Origin: an uncultured Methylomirabilota bacterium
Lineage (GTDB): Bacteria; Methylomirabilota; Methylomirabilia; Methylomirabilales; 2-02-FULL-66-22
Length of the DNA: 64,000 bases
Assembly (NCBI GenBank): GCA_963845565.1
Contig: CAWJSJ010000005.1
Coordinates: 448,001 to 512,000, forward strand
Direction: 5' to 3'
A program made the position numbers and the translations under genes. The notes below the pieces were generated by a model. That model was given only the letters and a program-made list of their open reading frames with translations, did no database searches and was not told the origin of the DNA. Position 1 is the first letter of the stretch. Each line of letters begins with the position of its first letter. Shown in pieces: positions 11,703 to 20,713 of the stretch.

Positions 11703-12320
11703 CTAGCGAGGCCGGGCGGCCCGCAGTGCCCGCCACGCGATCAGCACCAGCGTGACGCATGCGACCATGATCAGCGCCACGTGCTCCACCTGCCCGACCG
11801 TCCGCTCGGCCCGCGTCAGGTAATCGCCCAGCCCGTACCCGATGGCGTATCCCGCGGCCACTGCCCCAGGGACGTAGAGGGATGCGCCCAGCACGTTGGC
11901 GACGATGAAAGGAACGGGACGCAGTCCCGTGATCCCGGCCACCGGGCCGGCGAGAAAGCGCAGCCCGGGGAGGAACCGTGCGACAAAAACGGCCATCGAG
12001 CCGTACCGCGTGACGAACTGTTGGGTTACGTCCAGGCGCTCGGGCGTGACGAGGATCCAGTGGCCGTACCTTTCGATGGCCCGCCGCCCGAACTCACGCC
12101 CCATCCAGTATCCCAGGTTGTCGCCCAGTACCGCGCTGAATATCCCCACGCCGAGGACGATCGGGAGGCGGAGTTGTCCGTCCCAGACCAGGTACCCGGC
12201 CAGGATGAGGATCGTCTCTTCCGGGATGGGAAGGCCCATGTTCCCCAGGATCACCACGGCGAATATGGCGAGGTAGCCCCAGTGCTGAAGGAGCAGGTTC
12301 GGGTCGGACACCGTGTTCAT
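11703..12320 (-). CDS. DedA family membrane protein
   Basis: GLPIPEETILILAG, GDNLGYWMGR and VFVARFLPGLR motifs. Confidence 0.92.
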   Translation of the reverse strand: MNTVSDPNLLLQHWGYLAIFAVVILGNMGLPIPEETILILAGYLVWDGQLRLPIVLGVGIFSAVLGDNLGYWMGREFGRRAIERYGHWILVTPERLDVTQQFVTRYGSMAVFVARFLPGLRFLAGPVAGITGLRPVPFIVANVLGASLYVPGAVAAGYAIGYGLGDYLTRAERTVGQVEHVALIMVACVTLVLIAWRALRAARPR

Positions 12321-12444
12321 CCTCTAAAAAAGCAACGCGTCAAAGACAGACCTGCGGCAGTCTAGCAAAGACCTGGCGGTTGCACAACGTGTGGTGCCAG
12401 GAGGCGCCTTGGTGGGCCGTGAGACCTCACCAGCATTTAGGGAT

Positions 12445-12473
12445 TTGACGGGCCGCGAAACGGGTGCTATTTT
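12445..12473 (+). promoter_or_regulatory. Sigma70-type promoter
   Basis: TTGACG-17 bp-TATTTT with an extended TG, upstream of RBS AAGGAG and GTG 12517. Confidence 0.55.
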
Positions 12474-12516
12474 TCACCCATCAAGGCGATCTCTCAGGAG
12501 GCCTAAGGAGACGGGG

Positions 12517-13440
12517 GTGCCGTTGAGGCTGTTTGGTGCCGGAAGCACTCGGGTTCGACCCTGTCCGGCCTGCGAACGCAAGATCAAGGCCGACGCGACC
12601 TTCTGTCCCGCTTGCTATATGGTCTTCCGCCCCGAAGGCGCCGCCGACCTGCGTGAATTCTTGCAGGGTGCCCGGATTCCCGCCGATGTGTATCTTCTCA
12701 GAAAGATGCACTCCGACGACCCGAACGCGGGTCCGGTAACGCGCGTCGCGCCGCCGCCCGTGACGGCGGAGAACTCGCTGGCTCCCGTGGCCCTTCCTCC
12801 TGATGTTCCGACGGAGGTGGCCACACCGGAGATCGAGATTCCGAGCGTTCCACCCTCCCAGCCCATCCCGGAGGCCCTGCTGCAGGAACAGCCGGCGCCC
12901 GCTGAGCAGAAACCCGCCTCCCCGCACGGGGGAAATGGCCGATTTCGATCGAGGCCGAAGAGCGGAATCGAAGGACTCCTCACCTTTACGACCCCGCTTC
13001 CACCCGCGGCCCGCTCCATCGAGGATGTGCCGGCGCTTTTCGCCTGGCTACTGGACCGGGACCCGTTGATCCCCAACCATCTGGGTCGTCTTCAGGCGAT
13101 CCACACCGAGGTCTTTCGAGGTAAGCCGGCGGAGCGCCTGGGGTACGTGGAGCACATCCAGCTTCAGGTCGCCGACGATCTCTCGTTGCACACGACGGAG
13201 GAGGCCCTGGGCTTCCACCTGGCGCATCTGGCGACGGCCTACCGGCGGGCAGCGGAGTGGTACCATCAGACCGAGAGCGGCGGCGACCCTGGGGTGAGCA
13301 ATCGGGCCCTCTGGGAGATGGCGAGCGCGGCCAGCCGGATACGCCTGGAGGCCTGGGTCTACCACGCTCGCTACGGCGAGACGCCCCGGCTTCCCGGCAC
13401 CCGCCAGCGCGAACTTCCGCTGAAGTTTCCCGGAAAATAG
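12517..13440 (+). CDS. Hypothetical protein: N-terminal zinc ribbon, Pro-rich linker, helical C-terminal domain
   Basis: RBS AAGGAG plus GTG; CPAC-x10-CPAC; has its own promoter. Confidence 0.75.
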   Translation: MPLRLFGAGSTRVRPCPACERKIKADATFCPACYMVFRPEGAADLREFLQGARIPADVYLLRKMHSDDPNAGPVTRVAPPPVTAENSLAPVALPPDVPTEVATPEIEIPSVPPSQPIPEALLQEQPAPAEQKPASPHGGNGRFRSRPKSGIEGLLTFTTPLPPAARSIEDVPALFAWLLDRDPLIPNHLGRLQAIHTEVFRGKPAERLGYVEHIQLQVADDLSLHTTEEALGFHLAHLATAYRRAAEWYHQTESGGDPGVSNRALWEMASAASRIRLEAWVYHARYGETPRLPGTRQRELPLKFPGK

Positions 13441-13586
13441 ACCGGACGGGGGATCTGAATACAAAAGGACGCTCCTTCGGGGCCGGGACGCGTCGCCTCG
13501 GCGGGCCATTGTGTATTCGGCGACCGCGCTGTCTCCCCCTTCGACCGGGATTGCGGCGTCGCGCAACCAGCGCAACGAGGGAAGGT

Positions 13587-14387
13587 ATGGTGAAGATCGG
13601 TATTGTCGGATGTGGGACGATCGGCACGGGGATTGCGAGGGCCGTCGAATCCGGGCGCATCCCCGCGGTCTTGTCCGGTCTCAACAACCGGACGCGGGCG
13701 AAGGCGGATGCGCTGGCGCGGACCCTTTCCCCGTCGCCGCCCGTGCTGGATCTTCCCGATCTGGTGCGGGCGTCCACCCTGGTGGTCGAGGCGGCCACGC
13801 GCGAGTCGTTGGCGGAGATCGTTCCGATGTGCCTCCGGGAAGGCAAGGACGTCTTCGTCATCAGCGTCGGGGGACTCCTGGATCATCCGGAGTGGTTCTG
13901 CGAGGCAGAAGACCGAGGGTGCACCATCCTGCTGCCGTCAGGTGCCATTGCGGGGTTGGACGGGGTACGGGGCGCAGCGGTCGGTCGTATCGATTCCGTC
14001 ACCTTGACCACGCGCAAGCCGCCGCGCGGGCTCATCGGGGCGCCATACCTCGTGGAGCACAACATCGACGTGAATGCCCTGACGGTGGAGACGCTCGTGT
14101 TCGAAGGAACGGCGCGCGAGGCGTGCCGAGGTTTCCCGTCGAACGTCAACGTGTCGGCGGCGCTGAGTCTGGCGGGCGTCGGCCCAGACAAGACCCACGT
14201 CCGCATCCTCGCCGTCCCGGGCGGAAGGTTCAACCAGCACCGGATCGAGGTGAAAGGGGAGTTCGGGTGCCTAGCGGTGGAGATCGAGAATGTGCCATCG
14301 GCAACCAATCCCCGAACCGGACTCCTGTCGATTTTTTCCTCCATCGCGATGCTGGCAGAGTACGCCCGCACGCGGAGGAGAGACTGA
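13587..14387 (+). CDS. nadX: L-aspartate dehydrogenase
   Basis: IGIVGCGTIG Rossmann motif, VVEAA, SGAIAGLD, TTRKPP, FEGTAREA...FPSNVNV, NQHRIEVKGEFG and ENVPSATNPRT. Confidence 0.9.
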   Translation: MVKIGIVGCGTIGTGIARAVESGRIPAVLSGLNNRTRAKADALARTLSPSPPVLDLPDLVRASTLVVEAATRESLAEIVPMCLREGKDVFVISVGGLLDHPEWFCEAEDRGCTILLPSGAIAGLDGVRGAAVGRIDSVTLTTRKPPRGLIGAPYLVEHNIDVNALTVETLVFEGTAREACRGFPSNVNVSAALSLAGVGPDKTHVRILAVPGGRFNQHRIEVKGEFGCLAVEIENVPSATNPRTGLLSIFSSIAMLAEYARTRRRD

Positions 14388-14390
14388 GGT

Positions 14391-14477
14391 AACCACAGAT
14401 TTCGCAGATTACGCAGATGTCCCGGCGAAGAGCCCCGGCAGCCTATCTGAACTGTGAAATCTGTGTGATCTGCGGTT
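14391..14477. repeat. Inverted repeat element whose arms are tandem 9-mers (consensus about ACRCAGATT)
   Basis: AACCACAGATTTCGCAGATTACGCAGAT (14391-14418) and inverted CTGTGAAATCTGTGTGATCTGCGGTT (14452-14477). Confidence 0.85.
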
Positions 14478-14499
14478 GCGTTATCCTCGGGAGGTGGAG

Positions 14500-15291
14500 A
14501 TGGACAAGACGGTGTTTCTGACGGACATGACCTGGCCCGAGGTGAAGGCGCGGCTGCCCAAGGTTCGGCTGGCCATCCTGCCGACCGGCTCCATGGAGCA
14601 GCACGGACCGCACCTGACTTTCGAGACGGACATTGCCATCGCCACGGAGTTGGCGCGCCGCCTGGCCCTGCAGCACTATCCGCACGTCGTCGTGGCGCCA
14701 CCGCTTCCCGTGGGGATGTCCAATCATCACATGAAGTTCCCGGGAACCATCACCTGGCGATACGATACCTTTATGGCCTGCCTGGAGGATACGATCCTCG
14801 CGCTCGCCGAGCACGGGATAGAGCGGTTCCTGATTCTGAACGGCCACGGGGGAAACCGTGCGGCCATCTCGGTGCTCTCGACGCAGCTTCGCTACGAGGA
14901 TAACCTGATGGTGTCGGCGTGCACCTGGTTCGAGTTGGTGCGGGAGGCGTGCCAGAAGTTCATCCCGAAACGGCGCGTTCACGCGGACGAGATTGAGGCA
15001 GCCATGGGGTTGTACCTGGCGCCGCGCATCGTCCGAAAGGCCTCCCTGACCAAGGGCACGGCCCACCCGGATCCATATCCCTTCACCGATCCGGGTACGG
15101 GCGGCGGTTTCGAGGTGCCATATCGGTGGGAGGAATTAACGCCAAACGGCGCGTACGGAGACGCCCGCCGCGCGACGGTCGCCATGGGAAAGGAATTGAC
15201 CGACGCGTTTCTCACACGCGCCGGCGAGTTCATTGAGTCGTTCATTGCCAAGAAAACCCGGCAGGGGAAGAAAAGCAAGATCGCAAGGTAA
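14500..15291 (+). CDS. Creatininase family amidohydrolase
   Basis: MTWPEV, PTGSMEQHGPHL...TD, NGHGGN, HADEIE and GAYGD motifs. Confidence 0.9.
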   Translation: MDKTVFLTDMTWPEVKARLPKVRLAILPTGSMEQHGPHLTFETDIAIATELARRLALQHYPHVVVAPPLPVGMSNHHMKFPGTITWRYDTFMACLEDTILALAEHGIERFLILNGHGGNRAAISVLSTQLRYEDNLMVSACTWFELVREACQKFIPKRRVHADEIEAAMGLYLAPRIVRKASLTKGTAHPDPYPFTDPGTGGGFEVPYRWEELTPNGAYGDARRATVAMGKELTDAFLTRAGEFIESFIAKKTRQGKKSKIAR

Positions 15292-15331
15292 TCAAGGTCT
15301 CCCGGGGCGCGGTCGTGTTTTCACTCCGAAA

Positions 15332-15359
15332 ATCTGTGTAATCTGCGAAATCTGTGGTT
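15332..15359 (-). repeat. Second inverted copy of the 9-mer tandem arm
   Basis: ATCTGTGTAATCTGCGAAATCTGTGGTT; its reverse complement matches 14391-14418 at 27 of 28 positions. Confidence 0.9.
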
Positions 15360-15381
15360 TGGAGCCTTTGGAGGAGGGAAC

Positions 15382-16323
15382 ATGGAACAGGCAGAACGTG
15401 ACAGATTGCTGGCAATGGTGCGGTCCACGCCGGACCGGCTGAAGGCGGTCCTGGCGGGCGTTCCACGGAAACTCGTGATGTGGCGACCCGCTCCAGGGAA
15501 GTGGTCCGTCCACGAGATCGTGTGTCACATGCGGGACGCCGAGCGGCTGGGATATCTCCATCGCTACACGGAGATCGTGACCAAGGACAACCCGACGTTT
15601 CCCGACGTGGACGGGGACGCGCTGGCTCTGGAGGGGCAGTACCGGCGCGCGAATCTCCGGGACGTTCTACGCGACTGGCGCGCGGCACGCAAGGCGTGCC
15701 TGGCGGTTCTGAGGAAGGTCAAGGCGAACCAGTGGACGCGGACCGGCACGCACGCAACGGCCGGGCCGATGTCGCTGGAGACGGTTCTGCAACGGCAGGC
15801 GCTCGGGAACGACGAGGCGCACCTCGCGCAGATCGAGAATATCAAGACGCGCTGGGAGCTACTGGCAAAGCTCCAGGAGACACCGAAGGCCCTGGCGGCG
15901 CTCGTCCGCGGCGTCTCGGATGATCTGCTCCGGCGGAAGCCCGCGCCCGAAAAATGGTCCATACTGGAGATCGCCTGCCACCTGCGGGACGTGGAAGCGT
16001 TCTTTGTAGAGCGATACGGGAAGCTGGCGAACCACGACCGGCCACAGCTTCGAGGGATCAAGCAGGACGAGCTGGCGGTGAAGCTTCGCTACAACGAGGA
16101 CGATCCGGCATTGGTCCTCAAGGAGTTTCAGGCCCTCCGGGTGGAAGCGGTCGCCATCGTCGGCGCGCTGGCGCACCAAGCCTGGCAACGGGTGGGCATG
16201 CATCCAACGCGAGGCGAGGTCAGCTTCGCCTGGTCCGTCGAACACCAGGTCGAGCACGACGCCAACCATCTGGACCAGATCCGAGGTCTGCGGGAGCGCT
16301 TCGTCGGGCCGACGCCTCGGTGA
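15382..16323 (+). CDS. Tandem DinB/YfiT-like domain protein
   Basis: Two repeats: KWSVHEIVCHMRDAE...NDEAHLAQI and KWSILEIACHLRDVE...HDANHLDQI. Confidence 0.88.
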   Translation: MEQAERDRLLAMVRSTPDRLKAVLAGVPRKLVMWRPAPGKWSVHEIVCHMRDAERLGYLHRYTEIVTKDNPTFPDVDGDALALEGQYRRANLRDVLRDWRAARKACLAVLRKVKANQWTRTGTHATAGPMSLETVLQRQALGNDEAHLAQIENIKTRWELLAKLQETPKALAALVRGVSDDLLRRKPAPEKWSILEIACHLRDVEAFFVERYGKLANHDRPQLRGIKQDELAVKLRYNEDDPALVLKEFQALRVEAVAIVGALAHQAWQRVGMHPTRGEVSFAWSVEHQVEHDANHLDQIRGLRERFVGPTPR

Positions 16324-16358
16324 TTTCTCTCCCTACTCAGGATATCTCCGCCAGCCAG

Positions 16359-17150
16359 TCAGGCGACGAAGCGGAGCGACATCCTTCCGAAGAGACCGAA
16401 GTCTGCCTCGACTGTATCGCCGGGAGCGACCGCCAGCGGCACCATGCAGGTGCCGGTGGTCACCACCTGCCCCGCCGCAAGCGTGACGCCCTGCTGCGAC
16501 AGTTCATTGGCGATCCAGGTCAGCGCGATGCGCGGATCGCCGAGCACATTCGCCCCGGATCCCTCGCGGTGCAGCTTGCCGGCGACAGTGCCGATTACAC
16601 GATGCGCGGCGAGGTCCATCGTCTGCCAGTCCGCCCGCACCTCCGGGCCAAGCACCCATTGGTGCGCGCACGCATTGTCCGCGATGAGTTGTGCCGCGCC
16701 GACCTCGGCAAAGTCGTTGAAGCGCGAATCCGGCACCTCGACCGCTACGTGCAGCGCTCCCACCGCATCCAGCACCTCTTGGGCGGTGTAGGGCGCCGTC
16801 CGTGACGGCAACGCGCGAGCCATGCGGAAGGCAAATTCCGGCTCGGCCACGCGCATGAGATTGGCGCCGAGTGAGATCGTGGCGCCGTCCGGCAGCACCT
16901 GCTCGGCCAGCAGTCGCCCCGCCAGCGGGCCGTCCACGCGGATGTGCCGCTGGCCAGCGGCGCTGGTGGCGGCGATCTTCCAGCCGACCAGCGGCCGTGC
17001 GCTGCGTCGCTCCAGCAGCGCCTGGATGGCGTAGCCCTCGGCGCGTGTGCCAGGCCGGATGTCCTCCGGAAGCGCCGGCACGCGCCGGCCCTCGCGCCAG
17101 CACTGCCAGATCAGATCGGACGCGGCCCGGATCTCCGCCTGGTTCAGCAT
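16359..17150 (-). CDS. 2-keto-4-pentenoate hydratase / FAH superfamily protein
   Basis: GYAIQ, GWKIAATS, AEPEFAF, EVPDSR, IADNA and GQVVTTGT motifs. Confidence 0.9.
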   Translation of the reverse strand: MLNQAEIRAASDLIWQCWREGRRVPALPEDIRPGTRAEGYAIQALLERRSARPLVGWKIAATSAAGQRHIRVDGPLAGRLLAEQVLPDGATISLGANLMRVAEPEFAFRMARALPSRTAPYTAQEVLDAVGALHVAVEVPDSRFNDFAEVGAAQLIADNACAHQWVLGPEVRADWQTMDLAAHRVIGTVAGKLHREGSGANVLGDPRIALTWIANELSQQGVTLAAGQVVTTGTCMVPLAVAPGDTVEADFGLFGRMSLRFVA

Positions 17151-17332
17151 TGTCGTTCCTCCGACCTCATCGTGTCTGCCTCAGAACCTATGATGGCCCG
17201 GACGCGGTCCAGGAGCGTGGAGTCGAGATCCTGACATAGGGGATGGCCTTCAGGTATGCCGACGGGATGCCCATAACCGAGGACCAGGAGTGCAGTCCGT
17301 TGTGGCGCTTGGGGTACACCTGCCGAGTGTTC

Positions 17333-18256
17333 CTACACGGCGCGACGAGCGATGAGGCCGTTCAACTTCTCGAAGAAGTCGTCCACCCGGATGGGTTTGA
17401 GCAGGAACAGATCCACGCCCGCCTGTTCCGCGTACGCCAGGTGATCCTCGTTCCGGAGGTTGGTGAGCGTCACGACGGAGATGTGGGCGAGGGCCGGGTC
17501 ACTCCGGACCGCTTTACAGAGGGCGATCCCGTCCATCCCGGGGACGAGGACGTCGGTGATGATGATATCCGGCGACCAGACCTTCGCCAGCCGTAGGGCG
17601 TCATTCCCTTCCCGCGCCGTGACGACGTAGTGACCTGCCTCCGTCAAGAGGTCGAGGAGGTACAGGCGGAAGTCCTCGGTGTTCTCCACCACGAGGATCC
17701 GCCGCCGGAGCGACTCGGGTGCACTGGGGACCCGGGCGGCCTTGGCCGGCTCCTGTGCCTCGCGCCGCGCCGCGCGAACGCTTCCGCAGTTCGGGCAGCG
17801 CATGCGGAGCGTCTCCTGGTGGACGTCCCGGACCCGGCCCTCGGCCCCGCATTCCTCGCACCGGAAGCTCAGCAACGTCGGGAGGACGGTGGCGGCCGCC
17901 TTCGACGATTTCTGAATGGCGTCAAAGAGGGCGGAGGCCTCGAAGGGTTTTCGTAAGAACTCGGCCGCGCCCACGGCGCGGGCCACCCGGGCGTCCGCCT
18001 CACTGGTGTAGGCGCCGGTCATGAGGATGATGGGGACCTTGGGGCGCAGGCTCCGGAATGCTTCGCAAGCCGCATAACCGGACAGCCCGCCGGGCAGGTT
18101 TACGTCCAGGAGGATGAGATCAACGGTCTGATGCCGCAGAAGGTCTAGGCCGTCCTGGGCGGTCGAGGCCACGAGGCTGTGGTGTCGCTCGGTAGCCAAG
18201 AGTCCGCAGATCGTGCGGGCAACATCCGAGTCATCTTCGACGACAAGCAGACGCAT
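17333..18256 (-). CDS. Response regulator with two receiver domains separated by a zinc ribbon
   Basis: MRLLVVEDD...LLDVNLPG...KPF, then CEEC...CPNC, then RILVVEN...ITDVLVPGMDG...KPI. Confidence 0.88.
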   Translation of the reverse strand: MRLLVVEDDSDVARTICGLLATERHHSLVASTAQDGLDLLRHQTVDLILLDVNLPGGLSGYAACEAFRSLRPKVPIILMTGAYTSEADARVARAVGAAEFLRKPFEASALFDAIQKSSKAAATVLPTLLSFRCEECGAEGRVRDVHQETLRMRCPNCGSVRAARREAQEPAKAARVPSAPESLRRRILVVENTEDFRLYLLDLLTEAGHYVVTAREGNDALRLAKVWSPDIIITDVLVPGMDGIALCKAVRSDPALAHISVVTLTNLRNEDHLAYAEQAGVDLFLLKPIRVDDFFEKLNGLIARRAV

Positions 18257-18503
18257 GCCGACCCCCTTCGCCAGTGGCGGCCACTGAGTATACGATAGCG
18301 TCTCGCTTGTCAAGGCCTTCCTCTGGGTTGACGGTGCCGGCAATGCTCGGCGGTATGCGGCGGGCCACACACTCCGTGGGTGCCGACAGGGTAAAGGTCG
18401 TTCTTGCGCCGCCCGGCTGCCTTCGGTATGATCGCGCAACGTTTCAGGCCGCGACTGAGGTGCGGCATTCCTCACGGGAACATGCAGGGAGGATCACGCG
18501 GCC

Positions 18504-20582
18504 ATGTCCATGACCCTCCGTAGGCTCTTTCGGAACTACCTGAGCTTGGTCGGCGCGATCATCGCCACGTTCAGCTTCCTGCTGGACGTGGTGCTGCTGG
18601 CCATCGACCTCCTGGCGCCGCACCAGAACCCTTACCTCGGCATCGTCACCCACATGATTCTGCCGGGGATCACGCTGAGCGGGATCGGCCTGATCTTCGC
18701 CGGCGCGGTGCTCCAGTTCTGGCGCTTGCGCCGCGGACTCGAGGTGCTGGAGTTTCCACAGCTCAACCTGAACAACGCCCGGCACCGGTGGATCCTGGTC
18801 GGGTCGTTCGTGGTCGTTCTCACATTCCTCGGACTCTCGATAATCGGTGGCTATCACAGCTACCACTATACGGACTCGGTGGCGTTCTGCGGTACGACCT
18901 GCCACGAGGTCATGGAGCCGGAGTATACCGCCTACCAGAACTCCTCTCATGCGCGCGTGGCGTGCGTCTCGTGCCATATCGGACCGGGCGCGGAATGGTA
19001 CGTGCGGTCCAAGATCAACGGCGCCTACCAGGTGTACTCGGTCTTCTTCAACAAATTCTCGCGGCCGATTTCCACGCCTATTCATCAACTGCGCCCCTCC
19101 CAGGACATCTGCGAGCAGTGCCACTGGCCGGCCAAGTTTTGGGGGGAGCAGTTGGCCTCGCGGGTTCACTTTTCCGAGGATGAAAAAAACACTCGGCGTG
19201 AAGTCGACTTGCTCATCAAGACGGGTGGCGGCGGACAGCACGGGCTAAACAAGGGCATCCATTGGCACATGAATATCGCCAACAAGGTGTTCTACGTGGC
19301 CGCGGACGAAAAACGCCAGGTGATTCCCTGGGTCAAGACCGTGGGCCCCAACGGCGAGGTGGTGGAGTATGTGTCCACCGAAAATCCTCTCTCGCCGGAG
19401 CAATTGAAGCAGGCCGAAGTGCGCCAGATGGATTGCATGGACTGTCATAATCGACCCAGCCACCGATACCTTCCTCCAGGTCGGGCATTGGATCCCTCGT
19501 TCCAGGCCGGGAAGATCTCCACCGAGCTTCCCTCCATAAAACGCGTCGCGGTCGAGGCCATGGTGCAGCCCTTCACGACCACGGCGGAGGCCGAGCGAGG
19601 GATCGAGCGGCACATTCGGGACTTTTACGCCAAGGCATATCCGAGTGTTCTCAAGGATTTCGAAGCCAAGCTGCGAGACGCCATTGCGGAGGTGCAGCGG
19701 GTTTACCGGCAGAATTTTTTCCCGCAGATGCGCGTGAACTGGCAGGCGTATCCCGAGAATATCGGTCACAAGGAGTTTCCCGGCTGCTTCCGCTGCCACG
19801 AGGGCAAGCACGTGAGCAAGGACGGTCGGGTCATCCGGAACGACTGTGCGGCCTGCCATGACTTCCTGGAGCGCCGCAAGGGTGGGGCCTTCGTCCGAGC
19901 CGAGGCGACGGCCGCGTTCGCGCATCCCTGGAAGCTGGGAGGAAAGCACGCGGAGGTCCTGTGCGGTACCTGCCACACCGGGGGGCCGATGAAGCCCGCT
20001 ACCTGTCGCGGATGCCACGGCATCGCCGATTCGGGCGCCCCGATGGCTGCCATGCAGTGCAAGGAGTGCCACCTCAAGGAGCAGCAGGTAAAGCCACTGG
20101 CGAGCTGCGCCACCTGCCATCCCGCGGTGGCCGGTCTCCACAAGAAGCAGCCGCACAAGGACGCGGGCTGCGTCGCGTGCCATGCCCCGCACGCATGGTC
20201 GATCGAGGGGCGAGATCGGTGCCTGACCTGCCACGGGGACAGGGCGCAGCACAATCCGGGTCCGCCCTGCGCCCAGTGCCACGACTTCCGGCCGGCGACC
20301 ACGGCCGGAAAAGCGGCCGCGCCTTCGGGGCCGCCGGCAATCGTCTTTCCCGCAGACGCCAACTCGCCGGGCAAGGTCACCTTCGCGCACGCCAAGCACC
20401 TTGCGAAGGGAGCAAAATGCGCCGACTGTCACCCCAAGCTGTTTGCCATGAAGAAGGGCGGCACAAAGCTCGCCATGGACAGTATGGGGGAAGGCAAGAC
20501 CTGCGGGGCATGCCACGACGGGAAGAAGGCCTTCGGCGTCATGGACGGAGAGAAGTGCCTCACCTGCCATAAGGAATCCTGA
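18504..20582 (+). CDS. Membrane-anchored 16-heme cytochrome c: ImcH-like NapC/NirT core with a multiheme extension and a c7-type domain
   Basis: Three N-terminal TM helices (NPYLG motif); 15 CxxCH plus one CxxxCH counted in the translation; GIHWH and RQxIPWV core motifs. Confidence 0.92.
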   Translation: MSMTLRRLFRNYLSLVGAIIATFSFLLDVVLLAIDLLAPHQNPYLGIVTHMILPGITLSGIGLIFAGAVLQFWRLRRGLEVLEFPQLNLNNARHRWILVGSFVVVLTFLGLSIIGGYHSYHYTDSVAFCGTTCHEVMEPEYTAYQNSSHARVACVSCHIGPGAEWYVRSKINGAYQVYSVFFNKFSRPISTPIHQLRPSQDICEQCHWPAKFWGEQLASRVHFSEDEKNTRREVDLLIKTGGGGQHGLNKGIHWHMNIANKVFYVAADEKRQVIPWVKTVGPNGEVVEYVSTENPLSPEQLKQAEVRQMDCMDCHNRPSHRYLPPGRALDPSFQAGKISTELPSIKRVAVEAMVQPFTTTAEAERGIERHIRDFYAKAYPSVLKDFEAKLRDAIAEVQRVYRQNFFPQMRVNWQAYPENIGHKEFPGCFRCHEGKHVSKDGRVIRNDCAACHDFLERRKGGAFVRAEATAAFAHPWKLGGKHAEVLCGTCHTGGPMKPATCRGCHGIADSGAPMAAMQCKECHLKEQQVKPLASCATCHPAVAGLHKKQPHKDAGCVACHAPHAWSIEGRDRCLTCHGDRAQHNPGPPCAQCHDFRPATTAGKAAAPSGPPAIVFPADANSPGKVTFAHAKHLAKGAKCADCHPKLFAMKKGGTKLAMDSMGEGKTCGACHDGKKAFGVMDGEKCLTCHKES

Positions 20583-20713
20583 TCTATCGTCGCTCCCGGC
20601 GGCGCGCGGTGCGCCGGGAGCGGCCTGCAGACCGCCTCAGGTTTTTCCTCGATTCGACCGATATCATGTCCGAGAGACGTCCGCACCCTCCCCCTTCACC
20701 CGGAGTGTTCTCG

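Noticed and set aside
17146..17335. Frame stays open about 60 codons past the response regulator TAG, ending in a receiver-like LLDRVRAIIG
   Set aside because: The second receiver is already complete at the TAG, open frames of this length are common at this GC content, and there is no evidence for amber recoding.
18287..18313. TTGACA...TATACT on the minus strand upstream of the response regulator
   Set aside because: The spacer is only 15 bp, so it was not called as a promoter.
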